From positions 186,001-250,000 of the forward strand of contig BAAIJX010000030.1 in the NCBI GenBank assembly GCA_054600435.1: DNA of 64,000 bases, written 5' to 3'. Within the stretch, counting starts at the first letter, position 1. Each line of letters opens with the position of its first letter. This DNA comes from Neophaeotheca triangularis. Taxonomy: Eukaryota. Below the pieces are notes generated by a model. The model did no database searches. It had not been told where the DNA came from and saw only the letters and a list, made by a program, of their open reading frames with translations. The position numbers and the translations under genes were made by a program. Below are positions 1 to 11,877 of this stretch, piece by piece.

Positions 1-1
1 C

Positions 2-955
2 GGGGGACCGGTCCTGATCTTCGGCGTAAGAACTACACTGGACACCTACTACAACTACCGCATAAGCAAATCGCAAGCCCATTTGAACCATCTCCAGAAA
101 CAGAGGGAGACGACGATTGAGAAGCTCAAAGCAGCGACCAAGTACAACAGCACGCAGCAGCTTCTGGACAAGTATGGAGGCACGCCGGCCAAGAAGAGAG
201 GATCCTCACCTCCTGCTGGTGGGAAGCGAAAGGTGTCAAGTCAGCAGTCGAAGCAGCAGCTTCAAAACATCCCACGGACTGGGTTTGCGCCCCCACCCAC
301 TGCGAATATACAAGGTCGACCGCCTCCACCAGGCATGGCTCCACCGAATGCAGCTCCCCCGATGCCGAACCCAAACTCAAATACAATGGGAGCATCACCC
401 GTCACGCCTGAGCAGGCGCCTACCGAAGAGTTTGCGCCAAACGCTTTCCCTGCTTCTACAAGGCCACCTGCGCCTCGAGCTCCACCCTCGCAATACGCAG
501 CCGACGGGCCCAAATGGTACGACCGCATTCTAGACGTTGTTCTAGGCGACGATGAAACGCAAGCGAAGAACCGCATAGCGCTGATCTGCGACGAGTGCAA
601 GTTAGTCAACGGACAGGCTCCGCCGGGTGCAAGAACGCTAGAGGACGTGGGAAGATGGCGGTGTAGCAGCTGCCACGCCTGGAATGGTGTGGAGAGCGAG
701 GCCAAGCAGATAATGCAGCAGATGCGTGAGGTCAAAAACGAGAGTCGGCCGGGTAGCGTGAGAAGCTCAAAGAGGGAAGCCATGGAAAGCAGCACCGAAG
801 ATTTCGAGCGCGTAGGAAGGGAGCCGGTCGCGGTCAAAGACGAGACAGACGGCGAGGAGAGCGATGAAGTCGATGGTGTCGGCAACGACGCTGCGGCCGA
901 TAACTCTCCGGCAGCTTCTACAAGAAGCAAAGCTCGGCAGAGGAAGAAGGCATGA
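2..955 (+). CDS. LNP1: ER junction formation protein Lunapark, 5'-truncated by the window edge
   Basis: Frame is open from nt 2 (GGPVLIFGVRTTLDTYYNYRI...). Contains the lunapark coiled-coil motif IEKLKAATKYNSTQQLLDKYGG, WYDRILDVVLGDDE, and the zinc ribbon LICDECKLVNG...WRCSSCHAWN. Confidence 0.9.
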   Translation, partial: GGPVLIFGVRTTLDTYYNYRISKSQAHLNHLQKQRETTIEKLKAATKYNSTQQLLDKYGGTPAKKRGSSPPAGGKRKVSSQQSKQQLQNIPRTGFAPPPTANIQGRPPPPGMAPPNAAPPMPNPNSNTMGASPVTPEQAPTEEFAPNAFPASTRPPAPRAPPSQYAADGPKWYDRILDVVLGDDETQAKNRIALICDECKLVNGQAPPGARTLEDVGRWRCSSCHAWNGVESEAKQIMQQMREVKNESRPGSVRSSKREAMESSTEDFERVGREPVAVKDETDGEESDEVDGVGNDAAADNSPAASTRSKARQRKKA

Positions 956-1075
956 AGGGAAAAGTAGCCAATCTCGTAGAGAGGTATCTAGCCAACGATA
1001 GCATGCCATCCAGCCAGCCAGCCAACCAACCTCCCAACCTCCCAACTTCCCAATCCCCCAACCTCCCCCTTATTC

Positions 1076-1650
1076 CTACAACTTCGCCCCCCCTCTCCTC
1101 TTAACAAGCGCCTCCACGGCCTCCACCCCCGCCTGAGCAACCTCAGCATCCTGCCCGGGCAAACCAGTACTAACCCCGATAGCCCCGACGACAACCCCAT
1201 CCACCAAAATCGGCACCCCGCCGCCAATAATATTAAACCTCCCGCCATTTGTATTATGAATCCCAAAAGCCACACCGCCGGGCAAGAAATTCTTATTCTG
1301 GTAATTGGCCGTGGGAACGCGGTGGCCGGCCGCCGTGTACGCTTTGTCGATGGCGATTTGGATCGAAGTGAGCTTAGCGCCGGGCATGCGGATGAAGTGC
1401 AGCAGGTGCAGGGAGGTGTCTACTAGGGCTATGTTGAAGTCTGGTGTGTGGTGGCCGAGGGAGGTTAGTTTGGGTAGTGGGAGTGGGATTTGGGGGGTCC
1501 TTTTTTTTTTTTGGGGAGGGCAGTGGGGAGGGGAGTTTGGGGGAGCCGTGGGGACCTACCTATGCCCATTTGTTTTGCTTTCTCTTGCGCGGCGTCTGAG
1601 GCCACTTTGGCCGCTTCGAGGGAGAGGTTGGGGACTGAGCGGGTGGCCAT
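1076..1650 (-). CDS. DUF336 / GlcG-HbpS-like (heme-binding family) protein, 2 exons (intron 1441-1559)
   Basis: Spliced product MATRSVPNLSLEAAKVASDAAQEKAKQMGI-DFNIALVDTSLHLLHFIRMPGAKLTSIQIAIDKAYTAA...GGGVPILVDGVVVGAIGVS..GQDAEVA. GTAGGT donor, CTAAC branch, CAG acceptor. Ends in AKL. Confidence 0.88.
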
Positions 1651-2688
1651 GGTTGGTGTTGTGGTGGTGGTGGTGGTGGTGCTTTACTGTGATCTATAGG
1701 TCTATTGTAGATAAAGTAGAAGTGTGTTGATCAACCTACATTCGTTGTTGGCTAGGACTGAGGTGCTGGAAACACTGATGTAGTCTGGCATTGGATCAGA
1801 GCGCAACCTACCGTGCTGGGCGAATGGAGCTCAGATGTAACTCGTATCGAGGCTCAATTGCCGAGGTTGCGGGGATTGAGCTTGGAGAATAGTCTCTCCG
1901 TATCAGATCAGATCAGTTCTCTAAACTGTACTGTCTCGACAAGTGCGACGGACTGTTTTCAATAGATAACAGGAGATAGGAGGGCTCCGAAGAGAAAGAA
2001 AGACATCATGAAATACAAACAAGCAAGGACAAGGTAGCCTGAGATTGTAGAATCTTTCATCATTCGCACAACTATGGGTATGGTGATCTACAACGCCCTC
2101 GCCAGAATCCTCGTCAAAGAGGACATCACAGCATATGTTCAGAAACGCCAAGCTCATACCACTCATCACCATTACCACATCAAGCCTTTATCTCGTTTTC
2201 AGCGGCACAAGCAGCCACTAGCCTTTTCTAACCACGATTCCGGCAGCATCTCCTTCACCGGGGCAGAGTATGCCATGAAATAGCCATCGATGGCTTCGAA
2301 GAGCTTGATTTTATTTTCAGTGAAGGGGATCTTTCTCGGTACTACCGCAGTACGGACCGTAGTGTGGTGTTTTTGCGCAATCGAGATTGGTCGAGTTGTC
2401 GCCCTTTTGCTTGCGGGGAGCCATGTCCGAGTCGATTAACGGACCCACCAGGCAGTCCGTCAAGAGGCTATCGTGAGTCTGTTGTTCGTCGTGGTCGGCG
2501 ACCAATGCCGGCGCGCTTTAAAGGAGACGTAAGTTGCGCTTCCGCGGTCAGAATGGCTAGCATTCGATCGTTGCAGAGCTGCCTCTCATCCAAGAACTGC
2601 GCTAGAGCAGCGCCATCCTTGCATTCCCTTCGGGGTTAGTATGGCTGTTTCGCTTTTGAAATTTGGCATTATTATTGAGGAATGATAA

Positions 2689-4573
2689 TCACAGCTCTTC
2701 GTCATATTCATCATCCGCGTCCTGGCCGGACGCTTTCTGTGGTTGTCGGTTGTCCCCACCGGCCATGGCGGGAACGGTGGGAGCAGTGCACTGATCTGTG
2801 TTGGCGTCACTGGCCTTCCGCTCGCCGCCCGCTTCATGTTCATCACCTACCCCTCGGGGGGCCGGGCGCTGGCCGTTGACCACAGCATTGAGAATGCCGA
2901 AGTTGTCGTAGTGCTCATTCTCGCCCTCGGCGATGCTGGCCCTTTGCCTCTTGAATGGGCTAGTAATCGCGTCGAGACCTTCGGCCTGCTGCACGCCATC
3001 TGGCGGAGTTCCTGCGTTGGCTGAAGTAGAGTTAACAGACTGTGGTGTGCCAACGGACGGAGTATCCACGGATTTGATATGCGGTGACTTGCGTGAGACG
3101 CTCGAGTCGTTGAGAGGATCGGCGGAGTGCTGGCGCTTCAGCTTTTAGGAGGTTAGTAGCCATTGCGAGCTTTACTTCGAGGGCTGCTGGACTTACTTTG
3201 ATCTTCTGCACGCCTTCCGACAGCTCGCCTTGACGCTTGGCATCCTCAGGAGACAGAAGCTTGCCATCGTCGGCCTTGTCCTCCGCATCCTCCTTTGCGC
3301 TTGGCAGACGATGTTCGTCCTCATCGTCTGCGTCGCTGTCCATCTCATCCTCCTTGCCGTTCTTCACCTTGCGCTTGGCTTCACCTGCTTCTCTATACTT
3401 TGAGTAACCTTTCGTGCCAGCAGCGTTGAGAGGCCCAAGTTTGGAAAAGTCGGGTCCGCCTTTGCTCTTGCTCGTGAGCTTGTTCTTCTGGTCGTCTGGT
3501 GCCTTCAATATGCCCATCTTACGCAGCTGCTTCACACTACGATAGAAGAACGTGAAGACGGCATACGGCTGATCCGGAGGGTCGATGCCAGTGACAGTCT
3601 GAGTGCTGATGGACTTGGGGTCGAGAGACTTTGGCTGCGCAAAGCTTGTGGTGTGGTCAATGTCCTCTCCGTTGCCGTTTTCCCCATCCTGTCCCATGGT
3701 ATCGTCGTCATGCGCGTCGAACTGGGGCGAGTACTCCCCCTTCTTGATATCACCACTAGCAAGCACGCGAAAGAGCGCAACCTTGATCTGGCCTGCAGCT
3801 TCCTCCTCTGGTGGCTCCTCGTCATCCGAGTCTGAATTGTCCGAAAGCAGGCTGTCGTCGATCGCGTCGTCCGTGGCCGTTCCATCGTATCGGAGCACAG
3901 CATTTTTCCTAGTGCGCGGCAACCCATTATTCCCAAGTTCCTCGTCACTGCTGTCCGACGCGCTTCTCTGCTTTTTTCTCTTCTTCTCCAGCTTGCGCTG
4001 ACGCTTTTGTATACGCTCAGCCTTGTCGCCCTTGCCTTCCAAATCGAGCCCGTTGAGCCAACGCTCGAGCCCAACTTCCTTGAACAAGAACTCGCGCTCC
4101 GCCAAGCCTCCTCCCTCGGACTCCGGCACACTGACCCAACGAGAGTTGACCCACGTCTCTTCACCCTTCCTAAGCAACGTCGCGACCTCTTCTTTCGGGC
4201 GCCCGTCAAAGTAAATATATGCAGCAATCGTCTCGTTGGGGTTCTGGGTTTGAGGGCGGTAGGGTTCTATGAATCCACGCGCGCTCATGCTTGGCTCCAA
4301 AGGCCCGACTACGGCGGGGGCCGGGTGAGGATTGCCCCTGGTAGCCTTGGTGTTGGAGTAGGGAAGGTGCAGCCCGGGAGTGAGTAGGGTGATGGAGATA
4401 GCGAAGGTGGATTGCTCTGGTATGCCTGTGGTGGAGCCTTCGGGGACTTTGGCAGGTGGAACGGGGATGTAGGCGGAGATGCGGCGGGCATTCCTCTGCC
4501 TTTGGAGCGAGTATTCCTCGATGGGCGCATTGAGCGCGTGGACACTGACCGCAAGGCCCTGAAAGCAAGGCAT
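2689..4573 (-). CDS. Conserved fungal hypothetical protein with acidic/basic low-complexity tracts, 2 exons (intron 3142-3196)
   Basis: The 513-aa ORF joins the 2689-3069 ORF in frame via GTAAGT...CTAAC...AAG. Motifs AAYIYFDGR, IKVALFRV and PYAVFTFFYRS are typical of a widespread uncharacterised fungal family. Confidence 0.8.
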
Positions 4574-5296
4574 CTTGCGGTCTTGGCGTTGAAGATGCGG
4601 AGGTTAGCGAGGTTGGACGCGAGGTGTAGGCAGGAGCCAGGTCGGTAGTAATGCGTGCGACAAGTACTTGTAGCCGGACTTGTGGAAGTGAAGTGGTAGG
4701 AGGTGTTGAAGTAGAATGTGCCCGCGTTCCGACAGGGTGGAGCAAAGTCGAGGTTCCGGCGCAGGTGAGGGTAGGCAAGGTAGGTAGCGAGAAGCAGCGC
4801 GCAATTATGCGAAGAGAGGAGCGCTCTGGCTGGTCTTTTGACGTGTCGTCCCGAGGTCGTTGCCGGTAGTCCGAGCCCAAGTGACTTCAGGCACACGAAG
4901 GAATGTGTGAGATGTTCAAGCAGCGGAAGTTGGGTGGTGGGAGAGCAGCGTGTGGTGAGTACCTAGGTAGGTATGGTGTGTATCATGTGAAGATGTGAAG
5001 TCGTAGGTAACTTAGGCAGTTCCTGTCGTGGCTTGACGGCGGTGCAAGCCAGCCCGCCGGGTGACATGTATGGTGGCACGTGCGCTGGTTTATGCATCAA
5101 ACTTCCATTAACTCGCAATTGGTACCTGTACAGTGTACTAACTCGCACACTCCTTGATCCGGGCATTCACATGTTGTTTGTCTGTGCTATACGTATGGGC
5201 AGGTTGTTTGCCCAGTATACAATCTAGATGAATAAAGCGGGTTCTTTTGGCAGTTGATCGCTCTCCCTCTCCATCACTCCTTTCCTTGTTCCCATC

Positions 5297-6213
5297 ATGA
5301 GCAAGACTCGCAAACTCCTAATCACTTTCGACGCCTTTGGCACGCTCTTCTACCCCAAGAGACCTATTGCAGCACAGTACGGGGAAGTTGCTCGTCAGTG
5401 CGGCCTTAGCAACATCAAAGACGAAGATGTTCAACAAAACTTCAAGAAGGCTTTCAAGCAAGAATCCAAAGCAAACCCAAACTACGGCAAAGTCAGCGGC
5501 ATGAACCCTTCCACCTGGTGGACCAATGTAAGCCCGTCACACCTACATTACGCATCATGTGAGCCACCGTTGATGACTTGCAGATCATCAACAACACCTT
5601 CCAGCCCTTTCTCAAACCAGAAAACACCCTGCCTTCTGATCTAGCCCCGAAACTCCTCCACCGTTTCTCCTCCTCCGAAGGCTACGCCCTCTACCCCGAT
5701 GTCGTGCCTCTGATCAAAGCCATCCGAGGAAGCGATAATCCAGGAATCATGGGCATCGTGACCAATTCCGACGACCGCGTGCCGAGCATTTTACGCTCTT
5801 TGGGGTTGCAGACGAAAGAGCTGCTCTATCCTTCCTACTCTGAGAGTGGCGAGGACTTCGCCTTCACAGCCATGTCGTACGATATTGGTTTTGAGAAGCC
5901 TGATAAGCGCATTTTCGCCGCGGCGGAGCTGCTCGCTTTCTCTGGTCCTGGCGGCCCTAGTGAGGAGTGGGAATTAGAGCAGTGGACGAAGGTGCATGTC
6001 GGTGATGATTATGACGCAGACGTGGTTGGCGCGAAGAACGCGGGCTGGAAGTCTGTGCTGATTGATCGAGAAGCGAGCGAGCAAAGGAGTGGTCTCGAAT
6101 GGCCTGCTGAGCCTCAGGATGGCGCGCATTTGCTTGACCTGCTCAAGTCGAAAGACGCGGTGGGCTTCAAGAGTTTAGCAGAGCTGGCAAAGTGGTTCCC
6201 AAACGCAGCCTAA
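5297..6213 (+). CDS. HAD-superfamily hydrolase (HDHD3/REG-2-like), 2 exons (intron 5528-5583)
   Basis: HAD motif I LITFDAFGTL, motif II GIVTNSDDR, motif III EKPDKRIF, motif IV HVGDDYDADVVGA. In-frame GTAAGC...CAG intron. Confidence 0.92.
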
Positions 6214-6275
6214 GGAGAGGGGTCGAGCTGCACGATGAGAAATTCCGCTGTAGGATTGGGGTTGCGGCGGCGTTT

Positions 6276-7424
6276 TTAGGTAGCATCACGCCTGAGAGCC
6301 AAGATGTCAGAGAGCTTGACCTCTCCTTTGCCGCCCCAGCCAGCGACACCATTCTCCACGTCTGGTCGCACCTTGACGTACCAGCCCCAAAACCGTCTAT
6401 CCAACTCGTTAGGCTCTGACCCTTCCATCCAAGAGAGGTATAGCAGGTCGATCGCGCGTAGAAGCATGCCCAGATTCTTCTCCTTCTCCACCATCCTTGT
6501 AGTAGCATTAGGTTTCTTCTTCGTACTTCCTTCATCTCCATCCTTAGACGCAGTCTCAAAAGACTTCAAAATGTAAGCTCTCGCCGACTGTGGCGTGTAA
6601 ATGGGCAAATTGCTCGTATTGCCACCAGCAGCATTCGCCAAAAGCGAACCACTACCATTCGACTTCCTCAGAGCTTCCAGATCCAGAGCCCAAAGCGCCG
6701 GCTCAGCCTCCTCACTCTCCTCGCCACCCTCCTTCCCCCCCTCCCCACTCACACCCTTCAGACCCGCCTCCCCACGCACCACATACCCCCACCGCCTCAA
6801 CACCCTAACCTCCCTCCCCGCGACCCTCACAACCGGCTGCCCCTGCCCGACCCCCTCCTCCTCCGCACTCCTCCCCCTCTCCAGACCCAAACTCACCGCC
6901 TTCCGCCGGGAATTCACACTCACATAAGCCTGCGCGAGACTCAGCCGACTCGAAAGCGGCTGCTCCGGCATCGTGTACTTGAGCAACACGACGATAAAAG
7001 CGAGAACCAGAGGCGCGCGGTTGGTGACAAGGATGATGTTGGCGAGCTCGTCGAGCGAGGCGTTGGAAGCGGGGAGCGCGAGGGACGCTTCCAACTCCGC
7101 CGGGGTTTGCGCGTCGGAGGAGAAGAAGGAGCCTTCGTTGTCTTTTTTGCGTTTCTGGGCGGGTGTGGAGACGGAGCTGGTGGCGAGTGCGTCGTCGCCC
7201 GCGGCGCGCTTTTTGGAAACGCGTTTGGCGGCCGTGAGGATCTGTTTGGCTTGTTTTTCGTCTGGGAAGAGTGAAGCGAGGTCTTGGGGTTTGGCCTTGG
7301 CGAGGGCTTCTGGGCTAGTGAGGCTTTTGGCTTGGAGGTCTTTCACTGAAGACATAGCGGTGGCTAGGGGGATTTTGGCATCCTGGGAGAGGAAGCGGAG
7401 GAGAGATTGGAGGCTGGCGGCCAT
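6276..7424 (-). CDS. Conserved fungal hypothetical protein (382 aa) with a possible N-terminal helix-hairpin-helix-like segment
   Basis: Single long ORF with globular-looking blocks (TNRAPLVLAF, QPLSSRLSLAQA, WGWYVKVRPDVENGVAGWGGKG). Confidence 0.82.
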   Translation of the reverse strand: MAASLQSLLRFLSQDAKIPLATAMSSVKDLQAKSLTSPEALAKAKPQDLASLFPDEKQAKQILTAAKRVSKKRAAGDDALATSSVSTPAQKRKKDNEGSFFSSDAQTPAELEASLALPASNASLDELANIILVTNRAPLVLAFIVVLLKYTMPEQPLSSRLSLAQAYVSVNSRRKAVSLGLERGRSAEEEGVGQGQPVVRVAGREVRVLRRWGYVVRGEAGLKGVSGEGGKEGGEESEEAEPALWALDLEALRKSNGSGSLLANAAGGNTSNLPIYTPQSARAYILKSFETASKDGDEGSTKKKPNATTRMVEKEKNLGMLLRAIDLLYLSWMEGSEPNELDRRFWGWYVKVRPDVENGVAGWGGKGEVKLSDILALRRDAT

Positions 7425-8446
7425 CGTGTGAGGGTTTGGGGTTGCGTTTGGCCTTGGAAGGGTTTCAGTCTTGGGCTGTTACAGTATACGCTGTCCTGGA
7501 GCCGTCGCCAATTGCCTACTTGGCTTCGATCGCGTTCGTGTTGGTATTACATACGTTGATTAATAGGCGGGAACAAGGCCAGCCTAAAACTTTTCCATTG
7601 TCATCAGCACTAAGATCTGTCTGCGGTATTCAAAGTTTCGTCAAAAATGATGTACCGATGCACTGTCTGTGGTGTCGCGAAAGCATGAGGCAATCACTTT
7701 TCTTGGCGACTTCGCAAGGGCTCCCATACTACCTAGTATCAAAGCGGTCGTGATGACTTGGAGTTTTCATTCATGCCGGAGCGCCCTCCAACCTCGCTTC
7801 ACGCCTGTTTTAAAATGCGCCAATCATGCCAGGAGCAATATCACGAGCACAACGTGAACGCTTCTATCGTCCTCCGCGGCGTTCAACCCTTTTTATGTTT
7901 CGCAGAATCTTAAAAGGCCGAGGTAACGCAGATTACACATACATATATACAATAATGTCGCAAGCTCAAAACCCACTAAACGCCGTGAACATCTGCCCTG
8001 ATCGTTCCCAAAGGTGGTATCTGCCTCTTATCAAAACGCCAAAGCCAATAATTTGCCTCTGCTATTACGAGATTCCCGATCTCGTGTCTAGAAAGCCATC
8101 CCATTCCAATGGGATTTGACTGTGAGAGAAAGGGCCTTGGCTCCACTTACACAGCTCGCGACTGGAGACCGCGGCTTCTCTTCCCAACATGAGCAAGTGC
8201 CACCTATAGTGAACGCGTTGCTTGTCCCAAAACCGCAAAATGCCTACCAAGCTCGAGCGATCTGTAGCAATGCTAAGCCAAAGGACCATCATAGCCCGTC
8301 CGCTCAAAGGTAGCGACTCCCCATCTTCGCGAAGACGACAAGGCAGTCTGAGGAGCAGTCTCCAATCGGTCACTGGTCTGATCACCACCCAACATCAAGG
8401 CGAATTCGGATTTCTGCCAATCCCAGCTCGGCGGACAGCAACAGCC

Positions 8447-9067
8447 CTACTCGTCATCCACAAACCCACTCGCCAGCCTCCCAAAGTACGGCACTTCAAG
8501 CCGATCCAAAGTATCAGCATTCTTGAAAGCGCCCCAAGACAACCAGGCAATCAACCCTAGATCCACCATAAAAAGCATCCAGCTCACAACAGTAGTCCAG
8601 CTGAAGATGATATGCAAGATAAACAATGTAGAGAAGACCAGACTAGACTGCCAAGCGTGGAAACGTACATAGTCACTCTTTTGCTCGAAGATCAAGAGGA
8701 CCATGCCACCAGCCGGCGGCAGGAGGAGGTATGCCAGACATGCCTCGATTTTGAGCGGGAAGCCGAGGGAAGTTGAGAAGAGGTCGCCATCGTTGGCGTA
8801 GTTGTTTGTTGGCGCGACGTAGGCTTGTCGAGGTCCATTTTCCAAATCCGTGTAGCCGTTGTCAGGATCGTCGGCGTACCGTGATGGAGAAGGTAAACGT
8901 TGCGCTCGTGCTGCGGCCCATGGATCTTCGTTGTCGGCTACGGAGGAGATGTTGCGCTGGGGTGCTTGGGGTTTGGGAGAGGCTGCTGGAGAGCGAGGGG
9001 GAGGGCTGAGAGCGCGTTCCGATTCGGGCGGGGAGGACTGATAGGGGGCAAAGTTCATGTTCGACAT
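8447..9067 (-). CDS. UPF0132/DUF4870-like small membrane protein
   Basis: 206-aa ORF with a Pro/Ser-rich N-terminus, then EACLAYLLLPPAGG..LLIFEQKSDYVRFHAWQS and about three hydrophobic helices. Confidence 0.85.
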   Translation of the reverse strand: MSNMNFAPYQSSPPESERALSPPPRSPAASPKPQAPQRNISSVADNEDPWAAARAQRLPSPSRYADDPDNGYTDLENGPRQAYVAPTNNYANDGDLFSTSLGFPLKIEACLAYLLLPPAGGMVLLIFEQKSDYVRFHAWQSSLVFSTLFILHIIFSWTTVVSWMLFMVDLGLIAWLSWGAFKNADTLDRLEVPYFGRLASGFVDDE

Positions 9068-9511
9068 GATGGTGATGCCGTTGTAGAAGGCTCTTGGTTG
9101 GATGAAATTGTGGCATCTGCGACCTTGTGGCTACGAGCTGAACTGAGCTGCAGTGAGGATGCCCCCGCCTGTCTTGGAAGCTAAGGTACTGCACGTCCCA
9201 TGCTCGGCGCGTCGTTCATTCGGGACAGCGATAGACCGAGATATGAGGTAGACCCCTCGTTTGCCCCTCCAACCCCTCTGCCACCAAGATCGCCAGAACG
9301 GAAGGACGACTGCAAAGAAACAGAACACTCGACCAGCAATCACTACCTTACTGTTGTCCGAGAACTTTAGTTGTAGCTTGCAGCCCCTAGATCTCTTCAT
9401 ACCCATACTGCGGTAATAATTTTTCCATCAACGTTGGATGCGTTGGTCAAACTAGAGGACGTCGTAGCAGAGACGGGAGGCTGTCTAATCCGAGAACGGG
9501 AGCAGAGTAGC

Positions 9512-9586
9512 ATGACGTATATCTCTAGAAATCAAAAGATCCGTCGGCGGGGGTGAGGTTTTTAGAAGGACGAAAAAATATATAAA
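9512..9586 (+). promoter_or_regulatory. Putative promoter of the reductase gene: CRE-like ATGACGT (9512-9518), GCGGGG CreA-type site, TATATAAA (9579-9586)
   Basis: Motifs read directly, about 170-245 nt upstream of the ATG at 9757. Function is inferred. Confidence 0.45.
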
Positions 9587-9756
9587 GCATGCTAGATTGA
9601 GTGGCATGCTAAGCCACTGATTTGCTCTCCGATCTCTTTAACTTCTTTCCACTTTCAACCCTACTGTCCCAATACCTCCATCCCAGCTCTCGCCAGACTT
9701 GACGGCTTCCCAGACACCTAACAACTACTTCTACTACCAACGAGCCAACCACAACA

Positions 9757-10845
9757 ATGACACGCGTTCTGCTCACCGGTGGCAGCGGCTTCATCGCCGC
9801 CCATGTCCTCGACATCCTCCTCGAACAAGGCCACTCGGTGGTCACCACAGTCCGCTCGCAATCCAAGGCCGACAAGATCAAGGAAGCCCACCCAAAAGCG
9901 GGCTCCAACCTCTCCTTCGCCATCGTAGAAGACATTGCCCAAGAGGGTGCCTTCGACAAAGCCGTCGTCAGCGACCCCCCCTTCGAGGCCGTCATCCACA
10001 CCGCCAGCCCCTTCCACTTCAACGTCACCGATGTCCAAAAGGAACTCCTCGACCCCGCCATCATCGGCACGACGGGTATCCTCAAGAGCATCAAGAAGAG
10101 CGCCCCCAGCGTGAAGCGCGTCGTCATTACTAGCTCTTTCGCCAGCATCGTTGATGGCTTCAAGGGCACGAGACCCGGCCACACGTACAGCGAGGCCGAC
10201 TGGAACCCCGTTACCCACGAGCAGGCGCTTCAGAATCCTGCCAATGGCTACCGCGCTTCCAAGACTTTCGCAGAGCGCGCTGCTTTCGACTTCGTCGAGC
10301 AGGAGAAACCCAACTTCAGCATCTCGACCATGTGTCCGCCGCTCGTGCTGGGCCCCATCGTGCACTACTTGAACTCCTTGGATGCTTTGAACACGAGCAA
10401 CCAGCGCATCCGGGATGTCACGCTGGGCAAGATGAAAGACCAGATTGCAGAGACGGGTACCTTCATTTGGGTGGATGTTCGGGTATGTTGCTTGCTTTTT
10501 TTTCGCGACTTTGTGTTCTGAATCGCGTACTGACGCAATTGTTCCTCGCAGGACCTCGCTCTCTGCCACGTCAAGGCAATGACCTCTGCCGAAGCAGCCA
10601 ACCAGCGCTTCTTCATCACAGCGGGCTACTTCAGCAACCGCCAGATCGCACAAGTCATCACGAAGAACTTCCCAGAGTACAAGGACAAGATGCCGTCGGA
10701 CAGCACGCCTGGTGGTGATTACCCCAAGGAAGGTGTGTTCGACATCGACAACAGCAAGGTCAAGAAGGTCTTGGGTATTGAGTTCAGAAGCTTCGAGGAG
10801 AGCATCACGGATACTGTGAAGAGTCTGAAGGACGTGGGTGCGTAG
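9757..10845 (+). CDS. NAD(P)H-dependent aldehyde/methylglyoxal reductase (GRE2-like extended SDR), 2 exons (intron 10483-10551)
   Basis: Rossmann motif VLLTGGSGFIAAH, plus HTASPF, VVITSSFAS and catalytic YRASK. WVDVR|DLALCHV is joined across GTATGT...CTGAC...CAG. Confidence 0.93.
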
Positions 10846-11877
10846 AGAGTGTTTTGGAATGGTAACAGGATGGTTTTCGGTTACGTTACACGAATACATG
10901 AGCTATATGCGTAGACTATTATGATGATATATCTGTGTACGACCATGTCAGCCATTGTGTCCACCAAGAATAGCGGTACGTGAGAGCGTGAGCAGGCCAA
11001 AGATATCAGATTGTTGAGCTTGAACTTTGGTTGATACTTCATCCAGAAAGTCGGAAGTTATCGTTTGAAGGTTGGATCATCACCAAAGGGGCCAGAGGGG
11101 GGAAGCTGGAAGGGAAGGGATTCCGCATACCTAATGAGTTGCAGGGGGCGAATTTCGGTCACGATTGACACCCTGCTTCGAGAAGGTTAGCACGAAGCCC
11201 TTTGCTCGGTAACAGCGCGATTGCAGAGGCGGTAACGTGGGTGTAGATCAGTCAAGGAGTCTAAATACTTTCTTTCTCATAGAAGATCGAATTTTGTGGG
11301 TGTACATTTTGTCATCAGGTTGGGGATGGGGGAGCGCGAGGAGTTCGTTGTCTTACCCGTTTGCTGACTACCAACGAAGGAATGTGGCCGCCATTTTCAG
11401 ATGGTATGTTGTTGCTACCAAAGTAGCATGCTGTTGGCGTGGGTAGGTGGGAGGAGAAAGAAAAGAAGTCTGGCCTGGAATTGGAAAGCTTTTGCTTGAC
11501 CCCCGACTCCGCTTAAGTCCGCAGCTTGGCGAGGCCGAAGGCTGGTGGTGGCCCCTGCTTAGGTACAACTACAGCTACAGTAAGTTAACATAGGTGTATG
11601 CTACTGTATTAGTACCTGAAACAACCTGGAACCTCTCGTACGATTTTGCAAAGCATACCATATACCGAAAAATACAGCAAAACAAAAGCCATCTCGCGAC
11701 AAGACTCAACTCATTCACGACAACGACAAAGCACTCAAAGACGACAGCATCGCGCACGCGATCAACCTCGAGCTTAAGACCCAGCGCATTCTTTAGACCG
11801 CCTGTGCTGCCTCCTCTCTCGATCTCATTCGTTAGCCTTGAGGTCCCGAGAGCTACTTGCTCCCTCTACCCGACAAG

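Noticed and set aside
1921..2505. Short ORFs (e.g. MAPRKQKGD...) between the DUF336 gene and the hypothetical gene
   Set aside because: No convincing splice model or motif; cannot be supported as a gene.
9718..10899. 393-aa antisense ORF over the reductase, and similar long antisense ORFs over TOR, MAE1, RRP3 and the BVMO gene
   Set aside because: These are shadow frames caused by the GC3 codon bias of the real genes, and show no recognisable motifs.
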